A stretch of DNA of 64,000 nt, taken from Candidatus Latescibacterota bacterium. GTDB lineage: Bacteria > Latescibacterota > UBA2968 > UBA8231. The position numbers and the translations under genes were made by a program. This document shows positions 10,822 through 20,940 of the stretch, one piece after another; the first letter of the stretch is position 1; every line of letters begins with the position of its first letter. The stretch is from assembly GCA_965248265.1 (NCBI GenBank), contig CBDFJF010000002.1, positions 1,536,001 to 1,600,000 of the forward strand. Direction: 5' to 3'. The notes beneath the pieces are model-generated. The model made no database searches, was not told the DNA's origin, and was given only the letters and a program-made list of their open reading frames with translations.

Positions 10822-11505
10822 CTACCACTGATGGTCGATGTCCACATTGTCACCCTTGCCCCCTGCCATTTCCTTTTCAGCGATCCAACTTGTGACGTCG
10901 GATAGCGTTTTCAGATCGACGTCATCAAAGGGAGTCGTGCGCCTGCGCTCGACCCAATGTTTGAACGCTGTCAGAAGCTTCCGGGCATGTATGTGGTCGC
11001 CGGATGCCAGTTTGTCGTACGCCTGCTGCGCCTCCTGGACGCGGTTCAACTCAAGATAGGCCTCCCCACGGTACTCGATCGCCTCAGCGTAATCGGGAGC
11101 CAGCTTGAGGCATGACTCGTAGGCTTTCAATGCCTGCTCGTATTTTCCGAGCTTTCGATAGGCGTAGCCCAGACTGCTGAAGGCTTCATGAAAACGGGGG
11201 TTCTTGTCGACGGCGGCCAGCTGCTGCGCAACAGCCTTCCCGTACTCCTTGCTGGCTTTCTCGAGCCTCTTCTTCCGGTTCTTTTCCTTCTTCTCCGTGG
11301 CTGCCTTCGACTCGTGCTTCCAGGCCTTGTCGCGGTGTTTCAAACCCTTGTTGTAGTGCTCGATGGCCTGCTGTGCGGGACTTGGCTCCTCGGCCTTCTT
11401 CGGCGCTCCGCCGGCAGCCAGAGCTTGGTCTGTGAGGCCGCCTGACAATGAGATGAAGGCAAGGATGAAGACGAGGATGAACGGCAGGACGATCGCTTTG
11501 GTCAT
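10822..11505 (-). CDS. Exported tetratricopeptide repeat protein
   Basis: Signal peptide plus TPR repeats (AFSSLGYAYRKLGKYEQALKAYESCLKLAPDYAEA). Confidence 0.85.
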   Translation of the reverse strand: MTKAIVLPFILVFILAFISLSGGLTDQALAAGGAPKKAEEPSPAQQAIEHYNKGLKHRDKAWKHESKAATEKKEKNRKKRLEKASKEYGKAVAQQLAAVDKNPRFHEAFSSLGYAYRKLGKYEQALKAYESCLKLAPDYAEAIEYRGEAYLELNRVQEAQQAYDKLASGDHIHARKLLTAFKHWVERRRTTPFDDVDLKTLSDVTSWIAEKEMAGGKGDNVDIDHQW

Positions 11506-11522
11506 TGAATGCTCCTACGTAG

Positions 11523-12146
11523 CTAGGGTGTACGCCAGTTCTCCGGAAAACGAGCTGGAACCCACTCCCGTGGGTACTGCCAATCGAGCCAGCGGCCCAG
11601 ATGCGCCAACCGGTCACGCTCTATGCGCGCTACTGCCTCTGCCTTGGCGTTCTCGACCCCTTCGATGTAGGCGTCCGTGAAGACACCCGAGGCCAGGGCA
11701 TCTTCCCAGTCATCCTCGTCCTTCCAGTGCCAGTCGAATGTCGGCGGCACGATGATGTCGAGGTCGAGATCGAGAGTGTCGAAACCGGCGTGAGAGCGAG
11801 TGAACGGAACCTGGAAATTCACGTAGTAACTGATGAACTCGCCGGTAGCCGTGCTCCAGAACATGGCGAGTGCGTAATAGCGCTCGGGCTCCAGGAACCA
11901 GAGCACGCGGGTCCGCCCCCAGGGTCTCGATACCAGGTCCCAACTGCCACTCTTCACCGCTTCCCAACGGAGGGCGCCATCCTTCTTGTGTCCGGAGCTG
12001 GTTGCGAGTTGGCGCTCACACCCGGGAATGACTAGCAAGACTGATTGTTCGGGAGAGTCCTCGACGACGGTCGCGGCGGTTGCACTCCAGATGCCGCCGT
12101 CTATTACACCTCGTATGGCTACGTGCGTGCCCGGGGCGTGACTCAT
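11523..12146 (-). CDS. DUF402 (FomD-like) domain protein
   Basis: YYVNFQ...DTLDLDLDI...WKDEDD motif characteristic of DUF402. Confidence 0.8.
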   Translation of the reverse strand: MSHAPGTHVAIRGVIDGGIWSATAATVVEDSPEQSVLLVIPGCERQLATSSGHKKDGALRWEAVKSGSWDLVSRPWGRTRVLWFLEPERYYALAMFWSTATGEFISYYVNFQVPFTRSHAGFDTLDLDLDIIVPPTFDWHWKDEDDWEDALASGVFTDAYIEGVENAKAEAVARIERDRLAHLGRWLDWQYPREWVPARFPENWRTP

Positions 12147-12344
12147 GGAATCAGCAACACAGATGGATCGTCATGGACAATGTTTCAGATTGCTTAGGTA
12201 GAGATGGGTAGATCACCATCAGTCGGTACACGGTTGTTCTAAAATGTCCCGGCGCCGACTGATTGTCGAGGGCTCGACAACACAGACGCGTTAAGGCACT
12301 ATTGGATCCTTGGTGCTGCCAACGCGATCCCAGGATCTACTGTC

Positions 12345-12956
12345 ATGGCCATAACCTACAGCTTCGACTCTGAAGAGCCCGTCAAAGCGGTCAGAGTGTC
12401 AGATATCTCTGAGGGCGACGCCGATGTTCCGGAACGAGTATGGCAGGGAGAGTGGGCATCTGAATATCCGCTCAACACCTTCCATCTGAGCCAGGATGGT
12501 GGCGGCGCTAACGGCTCGCCGGGATATCTCGTGCTGCCGGTGTGTGATGCACCTGAGTTCTATGCGGAGTCAACACCCCAGTGGTGGGAGCAAACGACGA
12601 CCTTCGATCTGCGCGGAACCCGAGCCTCGTTCTATCTCAAACAGATTGCGCCCATCACGGTAAACGAGGGGTATGGACCGCGATTGTTCATCGCAGACTA
12701 CGAGCGCGGCCATGGGTACTGTGGATGGGACCTGCGAGCGCAAATCGTCGTCGGCATCGAGGATTGGGTCTTCAATGAGGTCGAACTCGTTAATGATGAG
12801 TCGGCCTGGGCGCGTTATTCGAACGAGCGTGACCTCGACCAGGTCCTTTCCCGGGTCGGCTTCATCGGCATTCGCTACGGGGTGGATCACGGGCGCAAGG
12901 GAGTCGGAGCCACGGGAGCGCTCGGCATCGACGAGTTCACTTACGATCTGAGGTAG
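12345..12956 (+). CDS. Hypothetical protein (predicted beta-rich)
   Basis: 203-aa ORF with coding-like composition, 2 bp upstream of the next gene. No family recognised. Confidence 0.7.
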   Translation: MAITYSFDSEEPVKAVRVSDISEGDADVPERVWQGEWASEYPLNTFHLSQDGGGANGSPGYLVLPVCDAPEFYAESTPQWWEQTTTFDLRGTRASFYLKQIAPITVNEGYGPRLFIADYERGHGYCGWDLRAQIVVGIEDWVFNEVELVNDESAWARYSNERDLDQVLSRVGFIGIRYGVDHGRKGVGATGALGIDEFTYDLR

Positions 12957-12958
12957 GG

Positions 12959-14341
12959 ATGGACTCGATCCTGAATATCGCGTCTCGCGTTGAACCCTTT
13001 GTAGACGACTGGCTTATCGATCGAATGCGGAACGTCGGTCTACGCCTCCACCATCCAGTGGCGCGCGAGGTGTCGTTCCAGTTCGACCAACCCTGGGAGG
13101 GGTCGTCGAGCATTTTTCTGCGCGTCATGAAGGACGGCGACACCTATCGCAACTGGTACCGGGCAGGGGCGGATGCCGATCAATTCCCGGCCTATGCCCA
13201 GAGCGCGGACGGGATCCACTGGACTCGTCCCGACCTAGGCCTCGTCGAATACGCCGGCTCGCGACACAACAATCTCCTGTTCGATCTTCCTGACGTTGCC
13301 AATTTGAGTGTGTTTCGCGACGACAATCCTGCGGCTGTCGATAGGGAATGCTACAAGGCGATCGCGATCGGTCCGAAGGTGGACGGCAGGCGGACGGTAC
13401 GTGGATTGATATCGCCAGATGGTCTTGAGTGGGCGATCCTCGACAAGGATCCCATACTGGTGGCACCGCCCGATCGCTGGCCGATGTTCGATTCACCAAA
13501 CGTCGCGTTCTGGGATGGGGTTCAGCACCAGTACGTCGCCTACTTGCGTGGATGGGTTCCAGGTCCACCTGACGTTGTGTCCGATCACGACGGTGGAGTG
13601 CGCACGATCCGGCGCAGCACCTCCGATGACTTTAGAACATGGTCTGAACCCGAGTTCATCGACATGGCGGACGCACCATTGGAACACCTGTACACCAACG
13701 CCTGCACGCCTTATTTCCGAGCACCCCACATCTATGTCATGTTCCCGCGCCGCTTCGTTCTGGGCCGCAAGGTTCACGATGAGTGGGAAGAAGACGGGCT
13801 GTCGGATGTCGTGTTTATGACCAGCCGTGACGGGGTCCGTTGGGATCGACGATTCATGGAGCCGTTCATTGCACCCGGCCTGGACGGGAACAACTGGAAC
13901 GACCGCAGCCTGACGGTCGGAGTCGGGCTGGTGCCCACGGGTGCGAACGAGATGTCGCTTTACTACAAGGAGCACAACCGGCTACCCACCTCCCGCATGC
14001 GGCGGGGAAGCCTGCGAACGGATGGGTTTGCCTCGATCAACGCTGGTTACACCGGTGGGGAGTTCGTGACAAAGGCGCTGATTTTCGATGGCCGGGAGCT
14101 GGCCATCAACTACAGTACATCAGCGGTGGGCAGCATTCAGGTAGAGATTCAGGATGAGCACGGAGCGCCTCTGCCTGGATTCGGCCTGAAAGACTGCACG
14201 CCGATCTTCGGCGACGAGATCGAGCGTGTCGTTCGCTGGAAGGAGGTGGGGGATCTTTCCGGTCTGGCTGGGCGGCCCGTACGCCTGCGCTTCGTCATGG
14301 ACAAGGTCGCGGATATCTACTCATTGCGATTCAACCCGTAG
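12959..14341 (+). CDS. Five-bladed beta-propeller glycoside hydrolase-like protein (GH32/GH43 clan-like) with C-terminal beta-sandwich
   Basis: FVDD..I, PWEG, YRNWY, YAQSADGIHWTRPDLG, SRDGVRW, LRTDGFAS and GRPVRLRF motifs. No signal peptide. Confidence 0.8.
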   Translation: MDSILNIASRVEPFVDDWLIDRMRNVGLRLHHPVAREVSFQFDQPWEGSSSIFLRVMKDGDTYRNWYRAGADADQFPAYAQSADGIHWTRPDLGLVEYAGSRHNNLLFDLPDVANLSVFRDDNPAAVDRECYKAIAIGPKVDGRRTVRGLISPDGLEWAILDKDPILVAPPDRWPMFDSPNVAFWDGVQHQYVAYLRGWVPGPPDVVSDHDGGVRTIRRSTSDDFRTWSEPEFIDMADAPLEHLYTNACTPYFRAPHIYVMFPRRFVLGRKVHDEWEEDGLSDVVFMTSRDGVRWDRRFMEPFIAPGLDGNNWNDRSLTVGVGLVPTGANEMSLYYKEHNRLPTSRMRRGSLRTDGFASINAGYTGGEFVTKALIFDGRELAINYSTSAVGSIQVEIQDEHGAPLPGFGLKDCTPIFGDEIERVVRWKEVGDLSGLAGRPVRLRFVMDKVADIYSLRFNP

Positions 14342-14398
14342 GTGCGCAGCGATAGCAACCATGCACGACGCGCGACGGGCGGTTCGCGCAGGGATCCG

Positions 14399-15982
14399 CT
14401 ATTGCGGCGTACCCCGGCAACCCGGACAAAGAGGGTTGGCCAGATTCCGTTCTGGTGTTCCGTCCGCAAACTGGAAGGCGTAGAGGGCAGTGTTGGTCAG
14501 GTGGAAACGCAATCGCACAGGCTGCACCAGGTCCGCGATCGCGGAACGGCCGAGCCAGGTAACCGTGTGGTTGAGCTCGTCTCCCGTAAACGTATCGCAG
14601 TCTTTCCGGGCGTACCCCGCCACCGGCCGGCCCTCGGCATCGAGCACTTCGACCTCCAGGGTCCCATAGGGAGTAGGAGAGTCGTGACTCCCGGAGAACC
14701 CATCTTCGGGCGTTCTGGCATTTACCGACAGACGGTTCCCGTCGAACAGCAACGGCCTCGTCGTCAGCGAGCCGCCTTTCTGGTCACCATCCATCGACGC
14801 AAACCCGTCCAAGCGCATCCTGGCCAGGCCGATGGCGTGCCCCATGCGTTGACCGTCTTGGACCGTATTGGCGATGTCGTGAAGCGGATGATCGGTACCG
14901 GTGGCGCCCATGGGCATGTTGCTGCCCGAATAGAACAGGAACAACTCGCTGTCTTTGACGATCGGCTTCGTCAATCCGATATGGTCACGATCCCAGGTAC
15001 CCCAGAGCCCAGGGCGCATGAACTCCCAATGAGGCTGTAGCCGATGCCAGCCGGTGCCGTCCCGGCTGAAAACCAGTTCGGTGCGATACTCCGCGAAGGA
15101 ATCGGAATAGACAGTCTCCCATAGATCAGGTGGGACGTCATTAGTGTCGTAAGCGGTAGTCGAGTCGACGAAGCCGACGTACAGATCATCCGTGTACAGC
15201 AAGCCGGCCAGGTCGATGCCGTGACTCGGGTTCCAGTTCGGAGGATCTGCCTCGGCACGGGTAAGAGCCTCAGCGGTATCACCCCACGTTTCGAAATCGG
15301 GACTGGATGTGCGCATGACGGCCTGGCGGGTTCGTGTGCTGCGTCCGTCGATATTGACGGTGATCCGGCCATCCTTGCGGTGATAGTGGACGAACTCCCG
15401 AAGTTTGGGGTCCCAGCCGAAGAGGATTCCGTTGGGAGCTATCGGTCGATCGAAGCGGGTCGGCTCACCGACATTCAGTTGCCAGTGGATGCCGTCGGCG
15501 GAGTATCCCTGGCACAGCGCCCAGCGTCCGTCGATGCTGTCCATGTAGAGCATCTTGTAGCGCCGGCCGGGGTCGGACTCCTCGTAGTCCAGGATCAGGT
15601 TGGGGCGCCGGATCTGCTTGTCGGTGCCGATGGCTGGCGGCAACAGGTTGTTGCGGGTCGAGCCCTCATGGTCGACGAGACCGAGCTCTGGCCGCTCCCA
15701 TGCGAGGCCGTCTTCCGAGATGGCATAACAGGCGCGGTAAAGGCCATCCGTCGAGGTGCGATACCACATCTTGAAGACGTGGTCCTCCTCGTCGTAGAGC
15801 ACTGTCCCTCCGTACAGATGGATGCCGCCACCAGACAGTTCCCACGGCTGCTCCGGCTCGAGAACCGGATTGTCTTCGAAGCGTCGCGGTCGGTGTAGCC
15901 GTCTTTCGACACCGTCAACACGCTCGATGACGCGATCATCGAGAAAGAGCTGGCGGGTGGTACCGACAGTGATGGATTCCAT
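14399..15982 (-). CDS. Five-bladed beta-propeller glycoside hydrolase-like protein (paralog)
   Basis: QLFLDD, NPVLEPEQPWE, CYAISEDGLAWERPELG, SRDG, IGLARMRLDGFAS, PVRLRF. Confidence 0.8.
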   Translation of the reverse strand: MESITVGTTRQLFLDDRVIERVDGVERRLHRPRRFEDNPVLEPEQPWELSGGGIHLYGGTVLYDEEDHVFKMWYRTSTDGLYRACYAISEDGLAWERPELGLVDHEGSTRNNLLPPAIGTDKQIRRPNLILDYEESDPGRRYKMLYMDSIDGRWALCQGYSADGIHWQLNVGEPTRFDRPIAPNGILFGWDPKLREFVHYHRKDGRITVNIDGRSTRTRQAVMRTSSPDFETWGDTAEALTRAEADPPNWNPSHGIDLAGLLYTDDLYVGFVDSTTAYDTNDVPPDLWETVYSDSFAEYRTELVFSRDGTGWHRLQPHWEFMRPGLWGTWDRDHIGLTKPIVKDSELFLFYSGSNMPMGATGTDHPLHDIANTVQDGQRMGHAIGLARMRLDGFASMDGDQKGGSLTTRPLLFDGNRLSVNARTPEDGFSGSHDSPTPYGTLEVEVLDAEGRPVAGYARKDCDTFTGDELNHTVTWLGRSAIADLVQPVRLRFHLTNTALYAFQFADGTPERNLANPLCPGCRGTPQ

Positions 15983-16042
15983 GCGGTTTCGTTTTGAGTA
16001 CGCTCGCGATTGCGGGAAAGATTATCGATAGTATAGTCCGGA

Positions 16043-18790
16043 ATGACACTCATGGACCAAAACCACTCCAACACCGAAACCAACGACGCCGCACTGCGGC
16101 GGGACATCCGCGAACTCGGGCAGCTCCTGGGTGACGTGCTTCGAGAGCAGTGGGGGGACGAGTTCTTTGACCTAGTGGAGAGTGTGCGGCAAGGATCTCG
16201 TTCCATCCGAGTCTCCGAGGACGAGATCGACCGGACGGCGCTGTTCGACCGACTCGACACGTCTTCCACCTGGGAGATCGTGCGGCTGGTCCGGGCATTC
16301 ACCATCTATTTCCATATTGCCAATACCGCAGAACAACACTACCGGGTGCCGCCCGGACTCACGCAATCTGGTTACCAGATCTCCCAAGTCATCGAGCGAG
16401 TGATCGCCGCCGGGGTAACCCCTCAGCGGATCGCTGATTTCGCGAAGCAAGCTCACATCCGTCCCGTTTTCACCGCTCACCCAACGGAGTCAGCTCGACG
16501 ATCCATTCTGAGCAAGCTCCAGGCCATGGACGGTCCACTCGCACGCCCGGCCGGCCCAGACGGCCGTGACGCCGCGTGGCGCCGGCGCATGGTCGAATTG
16601 ATCGAGGGGATCGTGCAGATCGACGAACTGCGACAGAGCAGACCGGGTCCGCTCGATGAAGCCAGAAACGTCCTCTACTACCTGGAGCAGCTGGCGCAGG
16701 GTACGGTCGCCGAAGTGGTGGAGCAGTTCTTCGAATCACTGCATGATCAAGGGGTCAACACCACCGATCTACCCAGTCCGTTGCGCTTCGGCACCTGGGT
16801 TGGTGGCGACCGTGACGGCAATCCGCAGGTGACGGCAGAGATGACGCGTCGCGCGCTGGCGTTGTACAACCAGCGCGCGCTGCGGACGCTCCGAGAAGCA
16901 ATCAGGGCGTTGGCGACCGATTTGGGCCAATCGACGCGGATCGTCGAAATCTCGGAGGAATTGCGCCAGTCGCTCGAGGGCGAACGGGTCGAAATGCCCG
17001 AGATTTACGAGGAGTATCACCGGCTCGACGAAGAAGAACCATACCGGCTCAAGTGCGCCTACATGTTTCAGCGCATACAGAATCAGCTCACCACCGCCAT
17101 CGACTGGGTGACGCCTGACGGTCCGGGCTACGGCGATACCAGTGAGATGCTCGATGATCTCTACATCATGCGCCGCTCTCTCGAGCAGAATCGCTCCGTT
17201 CACGTCGCGCGCGGACCGCTGCGGCGGGTCATCACGCTGGTCCAGACCTTCGGCTTTACCATGGCACAGATGGACGTGCGCGAGGACTCCAGCGAGACGA
17301 ATGCCGCCATGGACGAGTTGATGACGCAATCGGGTGCCACCGAAACACCGTTCGGTGAGTTGAGCTCGGATGAACGGTCGGTGGCTCTATCGGCGGAGCT
17401 TGCGAGTCGGAGACCGCTGCACAGTACGGCAGCCAAACTATCCGACCGCACGCGTGAGATCCTGGCCGTGATGGAGACCGTGCGCGACGCGCAGGACCGC
17501 TTCGGCGAAGATGCCATCGACACCTGGATCATTTCCATGACGAGAACCGCGGCGGACATGAAAGCGGTCCTCGTGCTGTCACGCGAAGCGGGCTTGACGC
17601 TGCCTTCCGAGGGCGTGGCGCGGCTCAGGGTAGTGCCCCTGTTTGAGACCATCGAAGACCTGCGCAATGCGGCTTCGATCATGGAGGAGTTCTGGTCGGA
17701 TTCCGAGGTCCGCAAGGTCATCGCGGTGCAGGGTGACGCCTGCGAAGTGATGCTGGGCTATTCGGATTCCAACAAGGACGGTGGCATAACGACCTCACAA
17801 TGGGAGCTCTACAAGGCACAACGGGAACTTCGTGATCATGCCGCCAGGCACGGAATCAGGTTGTTTCTGTTCCACGGCCGCGGGGGTTCCGTCGGCCGCG
17901 GTGGCGGACCCACGCGCGAGGCCATTCTGGCTCAACCGTCCGGCACCGTGAACGGCATGATCAAAATCACCGAGCAGGGCGAGGTGATCTCGGATCATTT
18001 CGGCAACCGTCGAATCGCGGAATCGCAACTCAACCTGATGATCTGTTCGGTCACCGAGGCCTCGCTGCTGCACACCGAGCCGCGTTACTCGAAAGAGGAA
18101 ATTGCCAAGTGGGCGGCCGCCATGGAGACCATCTCCGCTGATGCGCTGACGGCTTACCGGGGGTTGGTCGAGACCGAAGGCTTCGTCGAGTACTTCACCA
18201 CCAGCACACCGGTCGAGGAACTCGGCTCGATGAACATCGGGTCACGCCCGGCCCGGCGCGGCGGCAAGACCGACGGGCTCTCCAGTCTGCGAGCCATCCC
18301 ATGGGTCTTCGGATGGACCCAGTCACGCCAGATCATCCCCGGATGGTTCGGTCTCGGAACGGCCCTCGAGAGTGCGTCCGGAAACCGGGGCAACCTGGTT
18401 GACGAGATGTACGCCGAGTGGAGCTTCTTCCAGACCCTGGTGTCGAATGTCGAGATGGCACTGGTGAAGACCGACATGGAGATTGCCCAACGTTACGTGG
18501 AGGTGCTGGTCGATCCCTCGCTGCACCATATTTTCGAGGTGATCCGCAACGAATTCGAGCGTACCATTCAGGAAGTGCTGAGGGTCACGGGGCAGGCGCA
18601 GCTTCTTGATCGCATCCCGGTGCTTCAGCGCACATTGAACGTGCGCGCCCCCTACATCGATCCGCTCAACTACCTGCAGATTTCGCTGCTCGCCCGCAAC
18701 CGCGGTGACCAACCGGTGGATCCACTGCAGGAAAGGGCCCTGTTGTTGACAGTCAACGGCATCGCAGCAGGTCTCAAGAACACGGGCTAA
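16043..18790 (+). CDS. ppc: Phosphoenolpyruvate carboxylase
   Basis: VFTAHPTE, GTWVGGDRDGNP, VPLFETIEDL, VMLGYSDSNKDGG, FHGRGGSVGRGGGP, SLRAIPWVFGWTQSR and the C-terminal GIAAGLKNTG. Confidence 0.98.
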   Translation: MTLMDQNHSNTETNDAALRRDIRELGQLLGDVLREQWGDEFFDLVESVRQGSRSIRVSEDEIDRTALFDRLDTSSTWEIVRLVRAFTIYFHIANTAEQHYRVPPGLTQSGYQISQVIERVIAAGVTPQRIADFAKQAHIRPVFTAHPTESARRSILSKLQAMDGPLARPAGPDGRDAAWRRRMVELIEGIVQIDELRQSRPGPLDEARNVLYYLEQLAQGTVAEVVEQFFESLHDQGVNTTDLPSPLRFGTWVGGDRDGNPQVTAEMTRRALALYNQRALRTLREAIRALATDLGQSTRIVEISEELRQSLEGERVEMPEIYEEYHRLDEEEPYRLKCAYMFQRIQNQLTTAIDWVTPDGPGYGDTSEMLDDLYIMRRSLEQNRSVHVARGPLRRVITLVQTFGFTMAQMDVREDSSETNAAMDELMTQSGATETPFGELSSDERSVALSAELASRRPLHSTAAKLSDRTREILAVMETVRDAQDRFGEDAIDTWIISMTRTAADMKAVLVLSREAGLTLPSEGVARLRVVPLFETIEDLRNAASIMEEFWSDSEVRKVIAVQGDACEVMLGYSDSNKDGGITTSQWELYKAQRELRDHAARHGIRLFLFHGRGGSVGRGGGPTREAILAQPSGTVNGMIKITEQGEVISDHFGNRRIAESQLNLMICSVTEASLLHTEPRYSKEEIAKWAAAMETISADALTAYRGLVETEGFVEYFTTSTPVEELGSMNIGSRPARRGGKTDGLSSLRAIPWVFGWTQSRQIIPGWFGLGTALESASGNRGNLVDEMYAEWSFFQTLVSNVEMALVKTDMEIAQRYVEVLVDPSLHHIFEVIRNEFERTIQEVLRVTGQAQLLDRIPVLQRTLNVRAPYIDPLNYLQISLLARNRGDQPVDPLQERALLLTVNGIAAGLKNTG

Positions 18791-18808
18791 CGGTCGGAAG
18801 GTGGGTAC

Positions 18809-19978
18809 ATGAAAAAGTCCTACAAGACTGCGATCATCGGATGCGGAGGTATCGCCCACGCCCACGTCGAGGGATATCAGCAAATCGATCAGGTTGAGAT
18901 CGTCGCCGTAGTCGATCCGCACGCTCCCGCTTGTCAGATCTACATGGATACTTATGGAATTCCTGCAGGTTACGCTGCGGTCGAAGACATGCTGGAAAAA
19001 GAAAAACCCGACATCGTCAGTATCTGCACCTGGCACCTGCTGCATCCACAGGCCACGATCGCGGCGGCGCGGGCGGGTGTGGCCGGGATAATTTGCGAAA
19101 AGCCGATGGCCATCGGAGCTGCAGCCGCAGACAGCATGGTCGAAGCGTGTGAGGCGAGTGGGACCAAGTTGGTCATCGGCCATCAGCGCCGCTTCACGCC
19201 GGGTTGGCAAAAGGCACGAGATCTGGTCGCGGAGGGCGCAATCGGTCAGCCGATCCTCGCCAAGAACCGAGTCGCCGAGGGGTTGATGAACTGGGGCACA
19301 CATACGATTGACGGTACTCGTTTTGCTCTCGGAGATCCGGTTCCTGACTGGGTCTTTGGCGCGGTCGAACGCAAAAGCGATCGTCACGAGCGTGACGTCG
19401 CCATCGAAGACGCGTGTATGGGGCTGGTTCATTTCAACAATGGAGCGGAGCTTCTGGTCGAGTCGGATCTTGAACGCGAGGGAGCGGCGGCAGGATGGTT
19501 TCAGATCCAGGGATCGGAAGGGCTGATGGAGGCGAGTGAGCGGTGCCTTCGCCTGTTCAATGCTACTTCGAGTGGGTGGTCGGATATCGATCTTCGGCTC
19601 GAGGACGGGGACAAGGAGATCGGAGGGAACACGAACGCCAACCAGGTCAGAGAGCTGATCGCGTGGATCGAGGGAGGTCCGGAGCACCGTGGATCGGGAC
19701 ATGAGGCCCGTGTTACGGTCGAGATCATGATGGCGATCTACGAATCGGCGCGACGCCATAGCGTGGTACGGTTTCCGCTGAGCGAGCGAGAGTATCCACT
19801 CGATCTGATGATCGCCGAAGGGAAACTTCCACTCGAAGCGGAGGGAAGGCATGACATCCGGGGATTCCTGACGCGGGATGCCGTCGATGAGGCCGCGTAC
19901 AAAAAACTGTGGTCGCAGGGAGTGCCGCACCATGAGATCATGAGACAGCTGAACGAATGGGACGATGCTACGGGATGA
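18809..19978 (+). CDS. Gfo/Idh/MocA family oxidoreductase
   Basis: IIGCGGIA NAD-binding motif, CEKP, GHQRRF, GTH.ID. RBS-like GGAAGG. Confidence 0.93.
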   Translation: MKKSYKTAIIGCGGIAHAHVEGYQQIDQVEIVAVVDPHAPACQIYMDTYGIPAGYAAVEDMLEKEKPDIVSICTWHLLHPQATIAAARAGVAGIICEKPMAIGAAAADSMVEACEASGTKLVIGHQRRFTPGWQKARDLVAEGAIGQPILAKNRVAEGLMNWGTHTIDGTRFALGDPVPDWVFGAVERKSDRHERDVAIEDACMGLVHFNNGAELLVESDLEREGAAAGWFQIQGSEGLMEASERCLRLFNATSSGWSDIDLRLEDGDKEIGGNTNANQVRELIAWIEGGPEHRGSGHEARVTVEIMMAIYESARRHSVVRFPLSEREYPLDLMIAEGKLPLEAEGRHDIRGFLTRDAVDEAAYKKLWSQGVPHHEIMRQLNEWDDATG

Positions 19979-20019
19979 GGTTGCTCACCGTCACGAGCTG
20001 GGCGAGAGTGTGTGTGCGC

Positions 20020-20922
20020 TCAGTAATCCACGGGGGTAGTCCAACGCTCTTCCTCGTGCGCGTCCCAGTAACGCTGCCGCATCTGCAGCGTCACAGGACC
20101 CGGCTTTCCGGCGCCGACCGGTGCACCGTCCAGTGTGGTCGCCGGCATGACGCCGCCGGCGGTGCTGGTGATGAAAACTTCCTCGGCGTCCCGCAACACA
20201 CTGGCATCGAATTGTTCGACCTTGGTTGAAATACCGAGTTCGGCAGCTTGTTCCAGCACTGTACGCCGGGTGATGCCTTCGAGCATACCGGAGGCGGGTG
20301 TCAGCAGGGCATTGCCATCATAGGCGAAGACGTTGAAGCCGGGTCCTTCCATGATGTTGCCATCGGCGTCGGCCAAAACGATCGTCTGACCGCCTTTTTC
20401 ATAGGCTTCGAAGAGACCGCGTACCATGTCCCCCCAGTGGAAATTCTTCACCGTCGGGTCCACGGCCTGGTTCGGGATGCGAATGGTTTTCTCGCTGATT
20501 ACCATGTGCGTGCCGATTTCCTGATCCTCGGGCTTGAGGATCCATATATAGGCGGTGGCATAGGCGTAGAACCGGTTTTTCATCAATCTGGGATCGCGGA
20601 CGCCGGGAAGGGCCATGCCGCGCGACATGATCATGGAGACATAGGCATTGTCGAGGCCGGCACGGCTGACGCAGCCGTCGAGGATGGCTCTCATTTCCGG
20701 TGCGGACAGCGGCGGGGTCATGTGCAGCCGCTGCCAGCTTGCTTCGAAGCGCTCGAGGTGTTCGTTCAAGCGGAAGTACTTCCTGTTCCAGACGGCCACG
20801 ACATCGTAGGTTGCATCGCAGCGCAGAAATCCCATGTCCGTGAGGGGTATTCGAGCCTCGGTCAAAGGGACATAGTCGCCGTCGACCCAGGCACAGCCGC
20901 TTTCGTAGTTGTTTTTGCTCAT
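20020..20922 (-). CDS. Fold-type IV PLP aminotransferase, (R)-selective amine transaminase subtype
   Basis: Start re-assigned to ATG 20922. EARIPLTDMGFLRCDATYDVVAVW, DPTVKNFHWGD (catalytic Lys), EGPGFN, LEGITR, STAGG. Confidence 0.88.
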   Translation of the reverse strand: MSKNNYESGCAWVDGDYVPLTEARIPLTDMGFLRCDATYDVVAVWNRKYFRLNEHLERFEASWQRLHMTPPLSAPEMRAILDGCVSRAGLDNAYVSMIMSRGMALPGVRDPRLMKNRFYAYATAYIWILKPEDQEIGTHMVISEKTIRIPNQAVDPTVKNFHWGDMVRGLFEAYEKGGQTIVLADADGNIMEGPGFNVFAYDGNALLTPASGMLEGITRRTVLEQAAELGISTKVEQFDASVLRDAEEVFITSTAGGVMPATTLDGAPVGAGKPGPVTLQMRQRYWDAHEEERWTTPVDY

Positions 20923-20940
20923 CAGCACAACATAACCATT

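Noticed and set aside
18323-19933. 536-aa minus-strand ORF
   Set aside because: Antisense shadow of ppc and the Gfo/Idh/MocA gene; no motifs. Such shadows are expected in high-GC DNA.
20248-20940. Long N-terminal extension of the EamA ORF suggesting a fusion
   Set aside because: It is the antisense of the transaminase; the hydrophobic domain begins at ATG 20941.
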